Positions 26,453 through 35,896 of a stretch of 64,000 nucleotides of DNA are shown here, in pieces. Position 1 is the stretch's first letter. Each line of letters begins with the position of its first letter. The translations under genes and the position numbers were made by a program. This DNA is from a virus: the IMG/VR virus record IMGVR_UViG_3300032893_000006, positions 1 to 64,000 of that record; one strand, written 5' to 3'. A model generated the notes under the pieces. The model saw nothing but the letters and a program-made list of their open reading frames with translations, did no database searches and was not told where the DNA came from.

Positions 26453-26895
26453 AGTTTGTTCCTCCTTTCACGAGCTTGCCTTGCTGTTGCGACACTATGA
26501 CAATGTGGAGAGCAGTACATCGCGCGCTGCATAATAGAGTTAAATTCCTTCTCACAAATAGCGCATGAATGGTGATACCGCTTGCGGCGTGGATGCCGGT
26601 TTCTTGCCTGCTCTTTCGGCGTTGCCCACCGGCAATTTCCCGGTTCGTAGTTGCCGTCTTTGTTTGGATAGCGGTCTATCGATGTTCCGGATGGAGGCTC
26701 CCCCATGTCGGCGAGAAAGTTTTCGAACCGATGCCATCGGCTGCAAACGCGAATGCCCTTCCCTCCCCAGTCCTCAAATCGAGTACAGGACGGCGTATAG
26801 CAACGCGCCAGCATCATTTGCCAGATGCGATAAATGCGAGTTGGCTTACCCCCTCGTTTATGGCCATGAATCAATCTGCCATTGGGGTTGCTCAT
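26449..26895 (-). CDS. HNH-type endonuclease
   Basis: YRIW..M.ARC, SIDR...DGNYEPGNCRWAT. Confidence 0.8.
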   Translation of the reverse strand: MSNPNGRLIHGHKRGGKPTRIYRIWQMMLARCYTPSCTRFEDWGGKGIRVCSRWHRFENFLADMGEPPSGTSIDRYPNKDGNYEPGNCRWATPKEQARNRHPRRKRYHHSCAICEKEFNSIMQRAMYCSPHCHSVATARQARERRNKL

Positions 26896-27194
26896 CGCTT
26901 CCCTCCGAGTATTCGCTTCGATGTTTCTTCGAACGCCGCGTCGGTCGGCTCTGGAATCCACCCCATTCTGTGCAGGATCGTCAACTGCTCATCTCGCGCG
27001 CCACGGCAAAGATGTGTCTGCTTTTTGCCGTGTAGAGCCGGATGGTGGCAAATCTGCGATGCCTGCAAAACGGTTCTGCTCATCACCCGGTTGCGCAGTT
27101 CGATGTCGCCGCCGTCGCGAAATGGGCAGCTTGCGCACTTCTCCGCCATCACTGGCCAGTTCTTAATGTTCTTCGGCATCGCGTACTTTCGCAT
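26892..27194 (-). CDS. Cys/His-rich hypothetical protein
   Basis: CASCPF, ICH, LCRG. Confidence 0.6.
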   Translation of the reverse strand: MRKYAMPKNIKNWPVMAEKCASCPFRDGGDIELRNRVMSRTVLQASQICHHPALHGKKQTHLCRGARDEQLTILHRMGWIPEPTDAAFEETSKRILGGKR

Positions 27195-27567
27195 CGAATT
27201 CGGCTTTCGGCATCTGCTTCACGAAAACAAAAGGGGCGTCCATGAATCTCTTTTGGAAGTCTCCAATCCCGTTTTCATTTAAAATCTCGTAAGTTTTTCC
27301 AACGGTTCCGGCAAGTTCCATCATGGCGGTAACAGCACGCATCACCGAGATGACGTAGTGACGAGTCCCCTGTACCGATCCCTCGTACCAACTCTTGCCA
27401 TCTTTTTCATCGAAAGGGTCGGTACTCTCTTTCGAGTAGTAGCGAAAGCGGTAGATTACCTCGTATGTTTTTTCTGGCTCTATTTCCCGGACCGCGCACA
27501 TCCAGTCCTCAGTACGGGTCGTAGCGAGGAACCATACGCCAACAAGCTTTTCATCAAACTTAATCAT
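27163..27567 (-). CDS. Hypothetical protein
   Basis: ORF with SD GAGGAGG before ATG 27567. Confidence 0.6.
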   Translation of the reverse strand: MIKFDEKLVGVWFLATTRTEDWMCAVREIEPEKTYEVIYRFRYYSKESTDPFDEKDGKSWYEGSVQGTRHYVISVMRAVTAMMELAGTVGKTYEILNENGIGDFQKRFMDAPFVFVKQMPKAEFDAKVRDAEEH

Positions 27568-28612
27568 CGGTTTCCTCCTCGATAAACTGCGTTTGTTTTT
27601 CCTGAAAGAATGGAGTGAGATGCTTCGTTCTTTTGCCGCTATTGATGTGTTCGACAATCAGGTTGGCGAGATGATTGATGCCGGTTCCGGTCGCAGTAGC
27701 GAGAACACGGATAGATGGATCGGTGGTTGGGAATGTGGCAATTTTTCTTTGCAGGTCTGCAGGCACCGAGAAGACAGCATCCTGCCAGAAGTCTTCGTGA
27801 CGCGCAAATACGCGCGCCAATGCCTGAAGAAAACCATGCCTCAGGACTGGAGATGATTCCTTGTAAACAACATCATGCAGGTTGAAGCACTTGTCGATGA
27901 CTTCCCAGAACTCTCGAACGTTACCCATCAAAGCGCCGCGCCCGATCTTATCGTGAATGATTCCCAATAACCGAACGGTTCGCGTCATCGAACGTTCAAA
28001 GCCACTGCTAATCAGCCTGTTATGCAGAACCGCAGCTATATAGATTAAAGTCATCGCGGAGATTAGCTCCTCGCGTTTCATGCGCTGTTGCCAGCAGACT
28101 TTTCTGTACATCACAAACTGGCTCATTGAGCAAAGCTGGTGGAGACATTGAATAGCAGGCGACTCGTGGCGAAAGTTGCGTAAGAGAATATTCGGGCTCA
28201 GCTTTACGCGAGTGACGTTCAAAGCACGGAAGCGTTTTCGTTCAACTTCTTCGGTTGTGTTGAAGCTGACAACGGCACCAAGACGCGGAGTGATTCCCTT
28301 GTCGAGCAGCTTCATTGCGGCAGTACGGCGCTGGAGACCGTCGATGATGTAGACAGGGTCTTGGACGTAGAAGGTACCATCTTCACGCTCAATATAATTA
28401 CCGCCGCGACATCCGAGTTGAATATCCGGAACGCCACCTTGCTGCAGGGCTGTCATCAAAGCCCCAATTTTACGGTCCGGAAGAATTTCTCGTTGATACT
28501 CAGCAACATTCAACAGCGAAAGGCTAGCAGCATCGATCACTCCACGAAGGACGATCTCCGCACCCTGCTCGTCAATTGCCGCACAGGTCATTTTGATAGA
28601 AGTACGTTCCAT
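27560..28612 (-). CDS. ParB/DGQHR-like domain protein
   Basis: YIIDGLQRRTAA followed by E...F..LN. Confidence 0.55.
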   Translation of the reverse strand: MERTSIKMTCAAIDEQGAEIVLRGVIDAASLSLLNVAEYQREILPDRKIGALMTALQQGGVPDIQLGCRGGNYIEREDGTFYVQDPVYIIDGLQRRTAAMKLLDKGITPRLGAVVSFNTTEEVERKRFRALNVTRVKLSPNILLRNFRHESPAIQCLHQLCSMSQFVMYRKVCWQQRMKREELISAMTLIYIAAVLHNRLISSGFERSMTRTVRLLGIIHDKIGRGALMGNVREFWEVIDKCFNLHDVVYKESSPVLRHGFLQALARVFARHEDFWQDAVFSVPADLQRKIATFPTTDPSIRVLATATGTGINHLANLIVEHINSGKRTKHLTPFFQEKQTQFIEEETDD

Positions 28613-28622
28613 AAATCCTCCG

Positions 28623-28808
28623 CTACTTTCTTCCGTCGTCGTGTGGCCATCCGGCGCGTTTCAACGTATCAACAATGACACGGGCCGGATCGGAACCGGT
28701 CTCTAGTTTGTGCGCTCGGTCTTTTCGCCGAACGGCTCCCGCAACAGAAGGAGCAATCACCGCAACCGCGAACGCAACGCCAAAGCAAAAGCACTGGAGC
28801 CCGCTCAT
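28623..28808 (-). CDS. Small membrane protein
   Basis: Hydrophobic N-terminal segment. Confidence 0.45.
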   Translation of the reverse strand: MSGLQCFCFGVAFAVAVIAPSVAGAVRRKDRAHKLETGSDPARVIVDTLKRAGWPHDDGRK

Positions 28809-29131
28809 TTCTTCTCCGAAGTTTGTCGCGCTTTGAGCATCGAATCCGCAATCTGATAGGCGACCTTGCATTTAGAGGTGAGCGTGGTGCCGCCTGTAGT
28901 TTCTAGGATGGCACTCAATGCCGCCATGGCAAACTGATCGCGCAAAGATATGTGCAAGCTCTCAATCTTAGCTGCAATTTCATAGAGGGCGACGAGCTTC
29001 ATCGAATTGACAGTGGACGTGAAAACAACGGCAGAATCTTGTTTTTTCACGTCACCGCTCGCGACGCGTTCTTCGACTTCCCGCCTAATAGCGTCGAGCA
29101 GCGCCACAGGGTTTTTCTCAGCAGTTGGCAT
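28805..29131 (-). CDS. Conserved phage hypothetical protein
   Basis: LRDQFAMAAL...AYQIADSMLKAR, a common phage motif. Confidence 0.65.
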   Translation of the reverse strand: MPTAEKNPVALLDAIRREVEERVASGDVKKQDSAVVFTSTVNSMKLVALYEIAAKIESLHISLRDQFAMAALSAILETTGGTTLTSKCKVAYQIADSMLKARQTSEKK

Positions 29132-29330
29132 CCTGTTGCCTCACTTTCGTCGGTAACGGCAGAGACAGCTTTTGCCGTGGTTGCGGCTTTCGCCTGATTT
29201 TGACGCCGTTCCATTCTCGGGTTCCACAACCGGGGCACTCAGCAGGCGGGGTTTTGGCGAGCGAGTGCCAAACATGGTGACACTTGGCGCACGTACATTT
29301 CTTTACCGGAATGGTGACGATCTCGATCAC
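29118..29330 (-). CDS. Small Zn-ribbon protein
   Basis: CAKC.H.W...P.ECPGC...W. Confidence 0.6.
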   Translation of the reverse strand: MIEIVTIPVKKCTCAKCHHVWHSLAKTPPAECPGCGTREWNGVKIRRKPQPRQKLSLPLPTKVRQQDANC

Positions 29331-29572
29331 AGGACCTCCTTTTTTCTGCGAGCCCGAGACTCGGCCTGCTTGGTTCTCAAATAAACGCGCCGGTCAGCCT
29401 TTCCGGTCTTGAAGCGCCGGTCAGGTGTCCCATTCCACGTTGTGCGTTTGCAGAATCTGCAAGCGCGCGGCGGATCAACTTTATGAGACACCCAAGTCTG
29501 TCCTTTCCCCGGGCAATCTAAAAGCTCACACCGGCAGAGCCAACCCTTCACTGTAATTTTCTTTGCGCTCAC
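29327..29572 (-). CDS. Small Zn-ribbon protein
   Basis: CRC...C...W...P.ACRFC...W; similar to the adjacent ORF. Confidence 0.6.
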   Translation of the reverse strand: MSAKKITVKGWLCRCELLDCPGKGQTWVSHKVDPPRACRFCKRTTWNGTPDRRFKTGKADRRVYLRTKQAESRARRKKEVL

Positions 29573-29586
29573 GGGTCTGTCTCCTT

Positions 29587-30396
29587 CTACTTGAGGTTGT
29601 CAACGAAGTTTGAGAGCTTCAGGAGCTTGATCCGGTTGACGTCGATGTAGACAAACTCTTCGTCAGTTAGCGCCTTCATCTCCACATCTTTCAGGAGCGA
29701 GCGAACCAGAGAGAGGAGGTCCACGGTTTTCTTCGGCGGCGCTATCGTTCGCTTGACTGTCTTGCGTCCCTTGGAACGCGCTTCCTCGACACGCTGCTTC
29801 AGGACGAGACTTGCTCCGCTGCCTGACTTCCGAATCTCGGACAAAGCGAGCGATGGCGTCACGGCCTGCTCAGAGAGCAGGAACTTGATATCGTCGGGAG
29901 CGTCGGATAACTCGATTGCCTCGGTAATGAAGCGAGCCTTGTATCCAGTCCTGACGGAGATTTCGTCGGGCGTCCATCCGTAGGCGGCGAATCTGCGGAA
30001 CGCGCCGCCTAATTCCCACTTGGAGAGCGGTTTGCCTGTGTTAGCGGTGATAGCCGTCAAAAGCCGGTCGGCTTCGTTGTTGCCGGGAACCTGAATGACA
30101 GGCACCCCCTTAATCTCGACTCCCTCCTTGATGAGTTCGCGGACAGCGCGTAGACGGCACTCACCGTCGACAAGAATTGCGGTTTTGGTCGCCGTATCAA
30201 AGCGCACCAGAAGGGGAACAAGGACACCGTTCGACTTGATGGAGTCCTTGAGTTCGTCGAGGTGCGCCCGGTTTTCTGGGAGCCGGTAGTTACGAGGGTT
30301 GAACTTGTCTTCCGTGACGATGACGGCAGGGTCGACGGTGAACATATCGCGTGCCCCGATCTTCAGATCACGAAGCCGGGTAATCTCATTTGCCAT
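29587..30396 (-). CDS. ParB N-terminal-domain protein
   Basis: EL..SI...GV.VPL, LVDGECRLRA, then an HTH-like segment. Confidence 0.8.
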   Translation of the reverse strand: MANEITRLRDLKIGARDMFTVDPAVIVTEDKFNPRNYRLPENRAHLDELKDSIKSNGVLVPLLVRFDTATKTAILVDGECRLRAVRELIKEGVEIKGVPVIQVPGNNEADRLLTAITANTGKPLSKWELGGAFRRFAAYGWTPDEISVRTGYKARFITEAIELSDAPDDIKFLLSEQAVTPSLALSEIRKSGSGASLVLKQRVEEARSKGRKTVKRTIAPPKKTVDLLSLVRSLLKDVEMKALTDEEFVYIDVNRIKLLKLSNFVDNLK

Positions 30397-30466
30397 GGGT
30401 AATCTCCTCCCGAAGTTGAGTTGTGCCGCCTGTACGGCGTTTTGTGGTGTCGTTTTACGAATGTTT

Positions 30467-31564
30467 TCAGATTCGCATCGGCATCACGACATAGCGGAAG
30501 CCGTCTACAGAAAGCTCCCCTGCGGCCTGGCTATCCTTCAACGCCAGAGTGAAAGGTTTTTCTCCAATCGCGACAAGAAAATCGATGAAGTATTCGTAAT
30601 TAAAGCTTATTTTCATCGGACTGACAGGACCGCCAACTTTGCACGCGACAGATGCCTTTGCCGATCCGTGCTCCGTGCTTTGTGCAGAGAGAACCACAGC
30701 ATCTGACAAGACTGAGATAGTGACCGCACCAGAGCGCTCATCGGAACATTTCGCAACCCGCTTCATCGTGTTTGCGAACTGTGTCGACGAATCAAACGAC
30801 AACCGGATTTTATTGTCGCGAGGCATCACCGCCTCAAAGTTGGGGAACTGGCCGGTAAGTTTGCGGCTGAGAATAGTGCAGGTCTTGGTGTGAAAGGTCT
30901 GAGTGTCATTGTCCTTGCCAATCCCCACATCTCCGCCACAGTTTCTACGCACCCATTCCATAGCTCGCCGAAGAACAATGGTCTCCTCCAGAGAGCCGTT
31001 TCCCGCAGCTAAGTTATAGGCCAAGCGATGGCCGTCTGTCGCTGCTGTAGTGACAGTGCCATTCTCGGACTTTATTAGCATTCCATTGATGGTGTAGCGG
31101 GACTCTTCGTGCAAGATAGCGAAGAGGCTGCGGTCGATCAAAGTCGCCATTGTCTTTCCATCAATAGTGAGTGTTGCTGCCGATGGCTCGGGAGTCTGCG
31201 GATAGTTCGCAACACTCAAAGTAGGAAACTGGAAAGCAATCTCGCCGCAGGTTACAGAGACGGAGCGGCTCACATCGTCTGTACCCTTGGAAGTGTCCTC
31301 AAGGTACTCAAGCGTGACGGGACCTTTCTCTCCCTTTAACGCATTGAGCACGGTTTTATGTGGAATTACGAAGTCCCCCGAACCTTTGGCTTCAAACGGA
31401 ACGATAGTAGCAATATCCAAGTCTGTCATGGTTCCATCCTTCACGCGCGCATAAGTAAGGATAGGGACCGTCGATTTTTTTGCGACATACGTGCTGTTCA
31501 GGGCATCGACGAAAGCCTTTACGGTCGTTGTGATTTTGTGAGGTTTCTTTTTGGCCATAGGCAC
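30467..31564 (-). CDS. dnaN: DNA polymerase III beta sliding clamp
   Basis: PIL, EESRYTING, ATDGHRLA, GQFPNFEAV, FNYEYFIDFL, YVVMPMRI. Confidence 0.9.
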   Translation of the reverse strand: MPMAKKKPHKITTTVKAFVDALNSTYVAKKSTVPILTYARVKDGTMTDLDIATIVPFEAKGSGDFVIPHKTVLNALKGEKGPVTLEYLEDTSKGTDDVSRSVSVTCGEIAFQFPTLSVANYPQTPEPSAATLTIDGKTMATLIDRSLFAILHEESRYTINGMLIKSENGTVTTAATDGHRLAYNLAAGNGSLEETIVLRRAMEWVRRNCGGDVGIGKDNDTQTFHTKTCTILSRKLTGQFPNFEAVMPRDNKIRLSFDSSTQFANTMKRVAKCSDERSGAVTISVLSDAVVLSAQSTEHGSAKASVACKVGGPVSPMKISFNYEYFIDFLVAIGEKPFTLALKDSQAAGELSVDGFRYVVMPMRI

Positions 31565-31608
31565 ACCGTCCTTTCAATTGAAGTGGGGGAGTTGAGGTTG
31601 GAGGCTGC

Positions 31609-31890
31609 TTACTTCGCAGCCTTCTTCTGTTCGGCGTGGTACTTCGCCCACCGCTTCTTCTGCGCGTCTGCGATCCGCTTGCGCGCTGCCGGACTCAGAG
31701 TGCGCTTGCCACGCGCGGTCTTGACCGGGCCGTTCTTGCTCTCCTTCTTCGTACCACGGAGGTCTTCAGCGATAAGGCGAATGCCTAGAGAGCTTCCGAG
31801 GACTTCCATAGCGGCCAAGGTTTTCAGAAACATAATGCGCTTGGCGATTTGGTCTTCGAGTTCGTGTACTACAGCTTTCAAATTGCTCAT
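31609..31890 (-). CDS. Small basic nucleoid-associated-like protein
   Basis: N-terminal coiled coil plus RTLSPAARKRIADAQKKRWAK. Confidence 0.6.
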   Translation of the reverse strand: MSNLKAVVHELEDQIAKRIMFLKTLAAMEVLGSSLGIRLIAEDLRGTKKESKNGPVKTARGKRTLSPAARKRIADAQKKRWAKYHAEQKKAAK

Positions 31891-31961
31891 AGTGGTTTCT
31901 CCCTTTGTGGTTGATGGTTATGGTTGTGGTTGACCGTCCAGAGTTCGGACAGGAATGAAAC

Positions 31962-32246
31962 TTACTTGGCGATAGTGGCCCAGTCTTCAGACGGAGATGT
32001 CTCGCTATCGCCGTCCATCCAACTACAAGCATCCCGTGCGCTCGTTCCGGTATGCTCACTCCATTCGCCAGACTCTTCATTGTCGAAGGTCTCGTCCTCA
32101 TCGACTTCACCGCGCAAGACAGCGATCTGTGCATCGATAGCCGCGTGGTTATCATCACCGAAAAACGTCCTAGCTGGAATCCGTGGCTTGAGTGCTTCAA
32201 GCGCTTCGATCTCAGCATCGATCTCTTCGCGTGTAGGTCTACTCAT
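31962..32246 (-). CDS. Acidic hypothetical protein
   Basis: 94-aa ORF with SD. Confidence 0.6.
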   Translation of the reverse strand: MSRPTREEIDAEIEALEALKPRIPARTFFGDDNHAAIDAQIAVLRGEVDEDETFDNEESGEWSEHTGTSARDACSWMDGDSETSPSEDWATIAK

Positions 32247-32266
32247 GCGTCTCCCTTCAGTGTGTG

Positions 32267-33190
32267 TTACAGGTTTTCCAGAACGTCAGTCACGCGCTCC
32301 CAGTTAGTGCTGCAACGCCTGAGTAGCTCACGGTGGTTCTCTTCTTCCTCTTCGACGCGCTTGTATGCATCGTCGTCGCGAATCTCAACCACTTTGCGAC
32401 GTATCAAGTCTGCAATGACCGTTGGGTCCAAAGCGTCAAGCTCCCAACTGTCATCACCATGCACGTCGGCATAGCTGCGGAACCGGCTATCGGTGCTCTT
32501 GGCCGGGTTCGGTGGCGGTTTGTACTGCCGAATCTGATTCATGTTGAGAGCAATCCGGGAGAATTCAAACTGCGAGGAATCCCCCAGATGGTGAGCCATG
32601 AACATGCGGATGCGATCTTCAATATCGCGGCTCATGTCCTGTCCGGAAGGGTCGTGGTCGCCGAGATGAATCACATGGGTGGCTTGACCTTTCCTTGCGT
32701 TCCTGATGAAGCGCTGCGCGGCTCCCCACATCTCAGACTGAGACGTGTATCCACGGCAGGAGAAGTACGAAACATCCTCGGTCCGGCAGACACCTTCGAT
32801 CACGCCGACCAGTGCGTCTTTTTCGATCCACACCTCAGGACGTACCGGGCAGTTCTCCCACTTGTCTTTGCGATATTGTTCGGCGATGGCGGCGATGATC
32901 TCTTCCGGGCTGTCCCAGTGAGACACACTGCGAACGTTCCGCGTGCGATCCTCAAGAGCATTCCAGTCGATCATGCCTGCCAGACGCGCGTCGTTGACGA
33001 TGCTGCCGACACGCTTGTACTCCTGCTGCTTGTTCGGGATGATGTCCCTACTCACTAGCTGGTAGTACAACTGTCGAAGCGTCAGAACGAATCCTTGCGC
33101 CTGATATTGGGCAATGATGGCGTTACAGGTAGCGATGAGTGAGCGGCTTGACTCTGAGAACCGCTTCTCTTGATATTCAATCTTTGGCAT
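32267..33190 (-). CDS. TopoVI-A/Spo11-like winged-helix plus toprim protein
   Basis: LTLRQLYY, VWIEKDA, CRGY.S, HLGDHDPSG, ELDAL. Confidence 0.75.
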   Translation of the reverse strand: MPKIEYQEKRFSESSRSLIATCNAIIAQYQAQGFVLTLRQLYYQLVSRDIIPNKQQEYKRVGSIVNDARLAGMIDWNALEDRTRNVRSVSHWDSPEEIIAAIAEQYRKDKWENCPVRPEVWIEKDALVGVIEGVCRTEDVSYFSCRGYTSQSEMWGAAQRFIRNARKGQATHVIHLGDHDPSGQDMSRDIEDRIRMFMAHHLGDSSQFEFSRIALNMNQIRQYKPPPNPAKSTDSRFRSYADVHGDDSWELDALDPTVIADLIRRKVVEIRDDDAYKRVEEEEENHRELLRRCSTNWERVTDVLENL

Positions 33191-33196
33191 CTATCC

Positions 33197-33977
33197 TCAC
33201 TTTCCAGCGCCAAGCATGAAGCTCGCTCGGCTCTCAATTGCTTTGAGTACGTTTGCAGGATCACCGAAGAACGATTCGATTTTGTCGGATAATTTACAGA
33301 TCGACAGCATCGCTTCGTAGAAAAACTTTGCTGCTTCCTCGGTGTAGGGAATTTCCTGCAAGTGATCGAGTTCTCTTTCCGCAAACCCACCGATGAAGGA
33401 GTTCAGTTTATCCAGATAGTTGTCAGGTTCAGAATGACAGTTATCGCCTGCGCGCTCCCACACGATCTGATCTCCCGACTTGCGATGAGCCGTGACCTTG
33501 ACATAAGCCCGTGCCATCAAGCCCACCGAATATGTGTGATCGTCACTTGGCCAGCGGTAGTCGTGGATGCCGTGCCACGATCCTTTGTTTTCGGAGTAGT
33601 TCTTGTCGTAGCCGCCATTCGGGACAATCTTTCCATCTGCTGTCTTCCAGTAATGGATATTGGCACGTGTTGTGTAGAGAATGACTGTCTCGCGTGTGAC
33701 CTCGCAGTTCACATAATCCTGTGCGGCGATGCGAAGAAACTCGATGCCCTCCGCTTTGGTTTTTGTCATGACGTAGTAATTCACGCGCATCTTGCCGACA
33801 GAGATATCGCGTTTCTTGGCAGCGTTCGCTTTCGCTGTTAGCTCAAGCTCTTCCGGGATGGTGAAGGTGAACCACCCATCCTTATCGACACTGATCTCAG
33901 TCCGAAAAGAGAATTGGGTCGCCGCCAGAGTAGTTCTCCGGTCGAACTTCGATCTTTTCCGTTCCCAGTGATGGCAT
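33197..33977 (-). CDS. Hypothetical protein, frameshifted at about 33905
   Basis: ATG 33977 overlaps the upstream stop; removing one base from the T4 run joins it to the 33197-33790 frame. Confidence 0.55.
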
Positions 33978-34387
33978 CAGGCCCCCAGTCTCTTCCGAAG
34001 TTTAGACCACTCTGCCCCAGTCAAAAGGTCGAGCGGATGGTTGTCAGGAGTCATCTCAGAGAGAAGGAACTGGATCGCGCTGGCATCCTTATAGTCGGGA
34101 CGCTCATGGAAGGCGCGATACTTTTCCTCGCGCTCGATACGCTCGCGATTCTTTTCTTCGTGCTCTCGAATCATTTCTGGCGTGGCGACGACAAAATGCG
34201 AGCGGCTGTACCCCTTGGTGCGTCCAGTGACCTTGTCGATCTGCGTAGTACCGACCCAGACACTTTTCGGAGTAACCTTTGTGATGGTGTGGATGACTCC
34301 AGACCATCGCGTTTCACCGGAAGCAATCGAGCGAATAATTGGGGCGATCTTATCGCCTGCCTTTACATCCATCAATGTCTTTTCCAT
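33977..34387 (-). CDS. Hypothetical protein
   Basis: 136-aa ORF, SD GGAGGTG. Confidence 0.6.
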   Translation of the reverse strand: MEKTLMDVKAGDKIAPIIRSIASGETRWSGVIHTITKVTPKSVWVGTTQIDKVTGRTKGYSRSHFVVATPEMIREHEEKNRERIEREEKYRAFHERPDYKDASAIQFLLSEMTPDNHPLDLLTGAEWSKLRKRLGA

Positions 34388-34651
34388 AACACCTCCGCGA
34401 TCTCCGATTGAGTTGCCCTCGAAACCGTGTAGCTTTTTTCAGGGAATGGCAACGGATCGGAGTCAAGGATCGTCACCGATCAGACGCACAGCGATACGTT
34501 ACCCAGTGCCCAGTGTCGATGGCGGCAAGAAGTTCAAGCGCCTCGGAGGAATCGCCCGATTCCTTGCCACCATCTACGCCGCCGCGATTTTCATGGCGGC
34601 AACTCAAGTTCTCCAATTGATCCCCCGATCAAGATAGAAAAGTTACTTGTT

Positions 34652-34681
34652 AGTCTGCGCTCAGAGGGAACGTCATGTCAA
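34652..34681 (-). promoter_or_regulatory. Promoter TTGACA-N18-CAGACT
   Basis: Same architecture as 7778-7807. Confidence 0.55.
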
Positions 34682-34705
34682 CAAGAATTTTACCGAAGTA
34701 AAAGG

Positions 34706-34918
34706 CTATGACTTGTCACGAGTCTTCAAGAGAAACAGCGGCCATAGACAAGCCACCTGTATCTTGGCCAAGAGATAGTAGAATTCGAAGCCCTCGAAGC
34801 GCTCGCGACTTCTGCGGTCTGCTTCCCGAGAGCTTTCTGTAGGTGTGAGAATCATGCCAGCGAAGATCACGGCGACACTCAGGACGTATGCCGTCGCGAT
34901 CACGATAAGCGCCCTCAC
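34706..34918 (-). CDS. Small membrane protein
   Basis: GTG start overlapping the upstream stop; hydrophobic N-terminus. Confidence 0.5.
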   Translation of the reverse strand: MRALIVIATAYVLSVAVIFAGMILTPTESSREADRRSRERFEGFEFYYLLAKIQVACLWPLFLLKTRDKS

Positions 34919-35121
34919 TGCGTGCTCCTGAAGCGAGCGTAAATCTTGTCGTTCGCTCTTGCGACAATCCCCGCTGGTCCGGGGACATTGAGCCTCACGC
35001 TCTCCGCCGCGCTCTTGCACTTCCTATGCCAGACGGTGGTGCCCCAATACTCACTGACCACCTTGCGATAGATGAAGTTGTAGCGCCGGACGTAGATATC
35101 GATTATCGGTCGTGGTTTCAT
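34915..35121 (-). CDS. Hypothetical protein
   Basis: 68-aa ORF with SD TCGGAGG. Confidence 0.55.
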   Translation of the reverse strand: MKPRPIIDIYVRRYNFIYRKVVSEYWGTTVWHRKCKSAAESVRLNVPGPAGIVARANDKIYARFRSTQ

Positions 35122-35156
35122 GCGTCCTCCGAATGTTGGTCGCCTATCAAGGCGGG

Positions 35157-35600
35157 TTACTTCGTTAGCTTGGCCACATACCGCTTGCAGGATTCGAGTG
35201 ATGGAAACGTTTCGCTCGGTTGCTCGCCGGTTGGTATGTAGCGCCAGCCGTCCGGCGTCTCTTCGATCTGGCCTTTAATCTGGCCGTTGATAGAGAGCAC
35301 GCAGGAACCATCCTTGAGGTGTTTGAATTCGATGTGCACGCCGCTCGCTATCACCAGATCGAGGCGCGAGGATACCATCTCCGGCGCGCGTCGCACAGAG
35401 GCGTGTTTCTGCTCTTCCACAACTTCCCACTTGCCTACATTGTTGCCGTTGCGGTCGCGGATATTTCCACTCTCGCCGCCAGCGGCAGGCTCCTGCGGCC
35501 ACTCACGCTTACTCTTGGCGTACAGTTCCGTCCACACGTCGTCCAGACTCTGCATGGCCTCGTTGCCGAGTTCAATTTCCAGTCTGAATTTCATAGTCAT
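35157..35600 (-). CDS. Hypothetical protein
   Basis: 147-aa ORF with SD TCGGAGG. Confidence 0.6.
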   Translation of the reverse strand: MTMKFRLEIELGNEAMQSLDDVWTELYAKSKREWPQEPAAGGESGNIRDRNGNNVGKWEVVEEQKHASVRRAPEMVSSRLDLVIASGVHIEFKHLKDGSCVLSINGQIKGQIEETPDGWRYIPTGEQPSETFPSLESCKRYVAKLTK

Positions 35601-35662
35601 TTCCTCCGATACTCACGCTGTGAGCCGTTGTGGTGCGTTGGTGTTTATCCAGACCTTGGACG

Positions 35663-35896
35663 CTAGCGCCGCACGGCGCGCACGTCGCAGAGGCTAGTGC
35701 GTCCCGGCGCGAAGCGTACGCGCAGAATAGGTTCGAGCCACGGCATCACATCTTCAACCGTGACGTTGCCTGCTGTCCAGAATCCTTCCGACTCTTGGCC
35801 GTGCGCAATACGCACTTGCGTCCTCCCCATGGACGGCGAGTAGTAACAGGTGACGCGCGGTGCCTCTGGTGTTGTGTTGGTCTCGCTCATAGGCAC
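35663..35896 (-). CDS. Hypothetical protein
   Basis: 77-aa ORF, coupled to the upstream gene. Confidence 0.5.
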   Translation of the reverse strand: MPMSETNTTPEAPRVTCYYSPSMGRTQVRIAHGQESEGFWTAGNVTVEDVMPWLEPILRVRFAPGRTSLCDVRAVRR

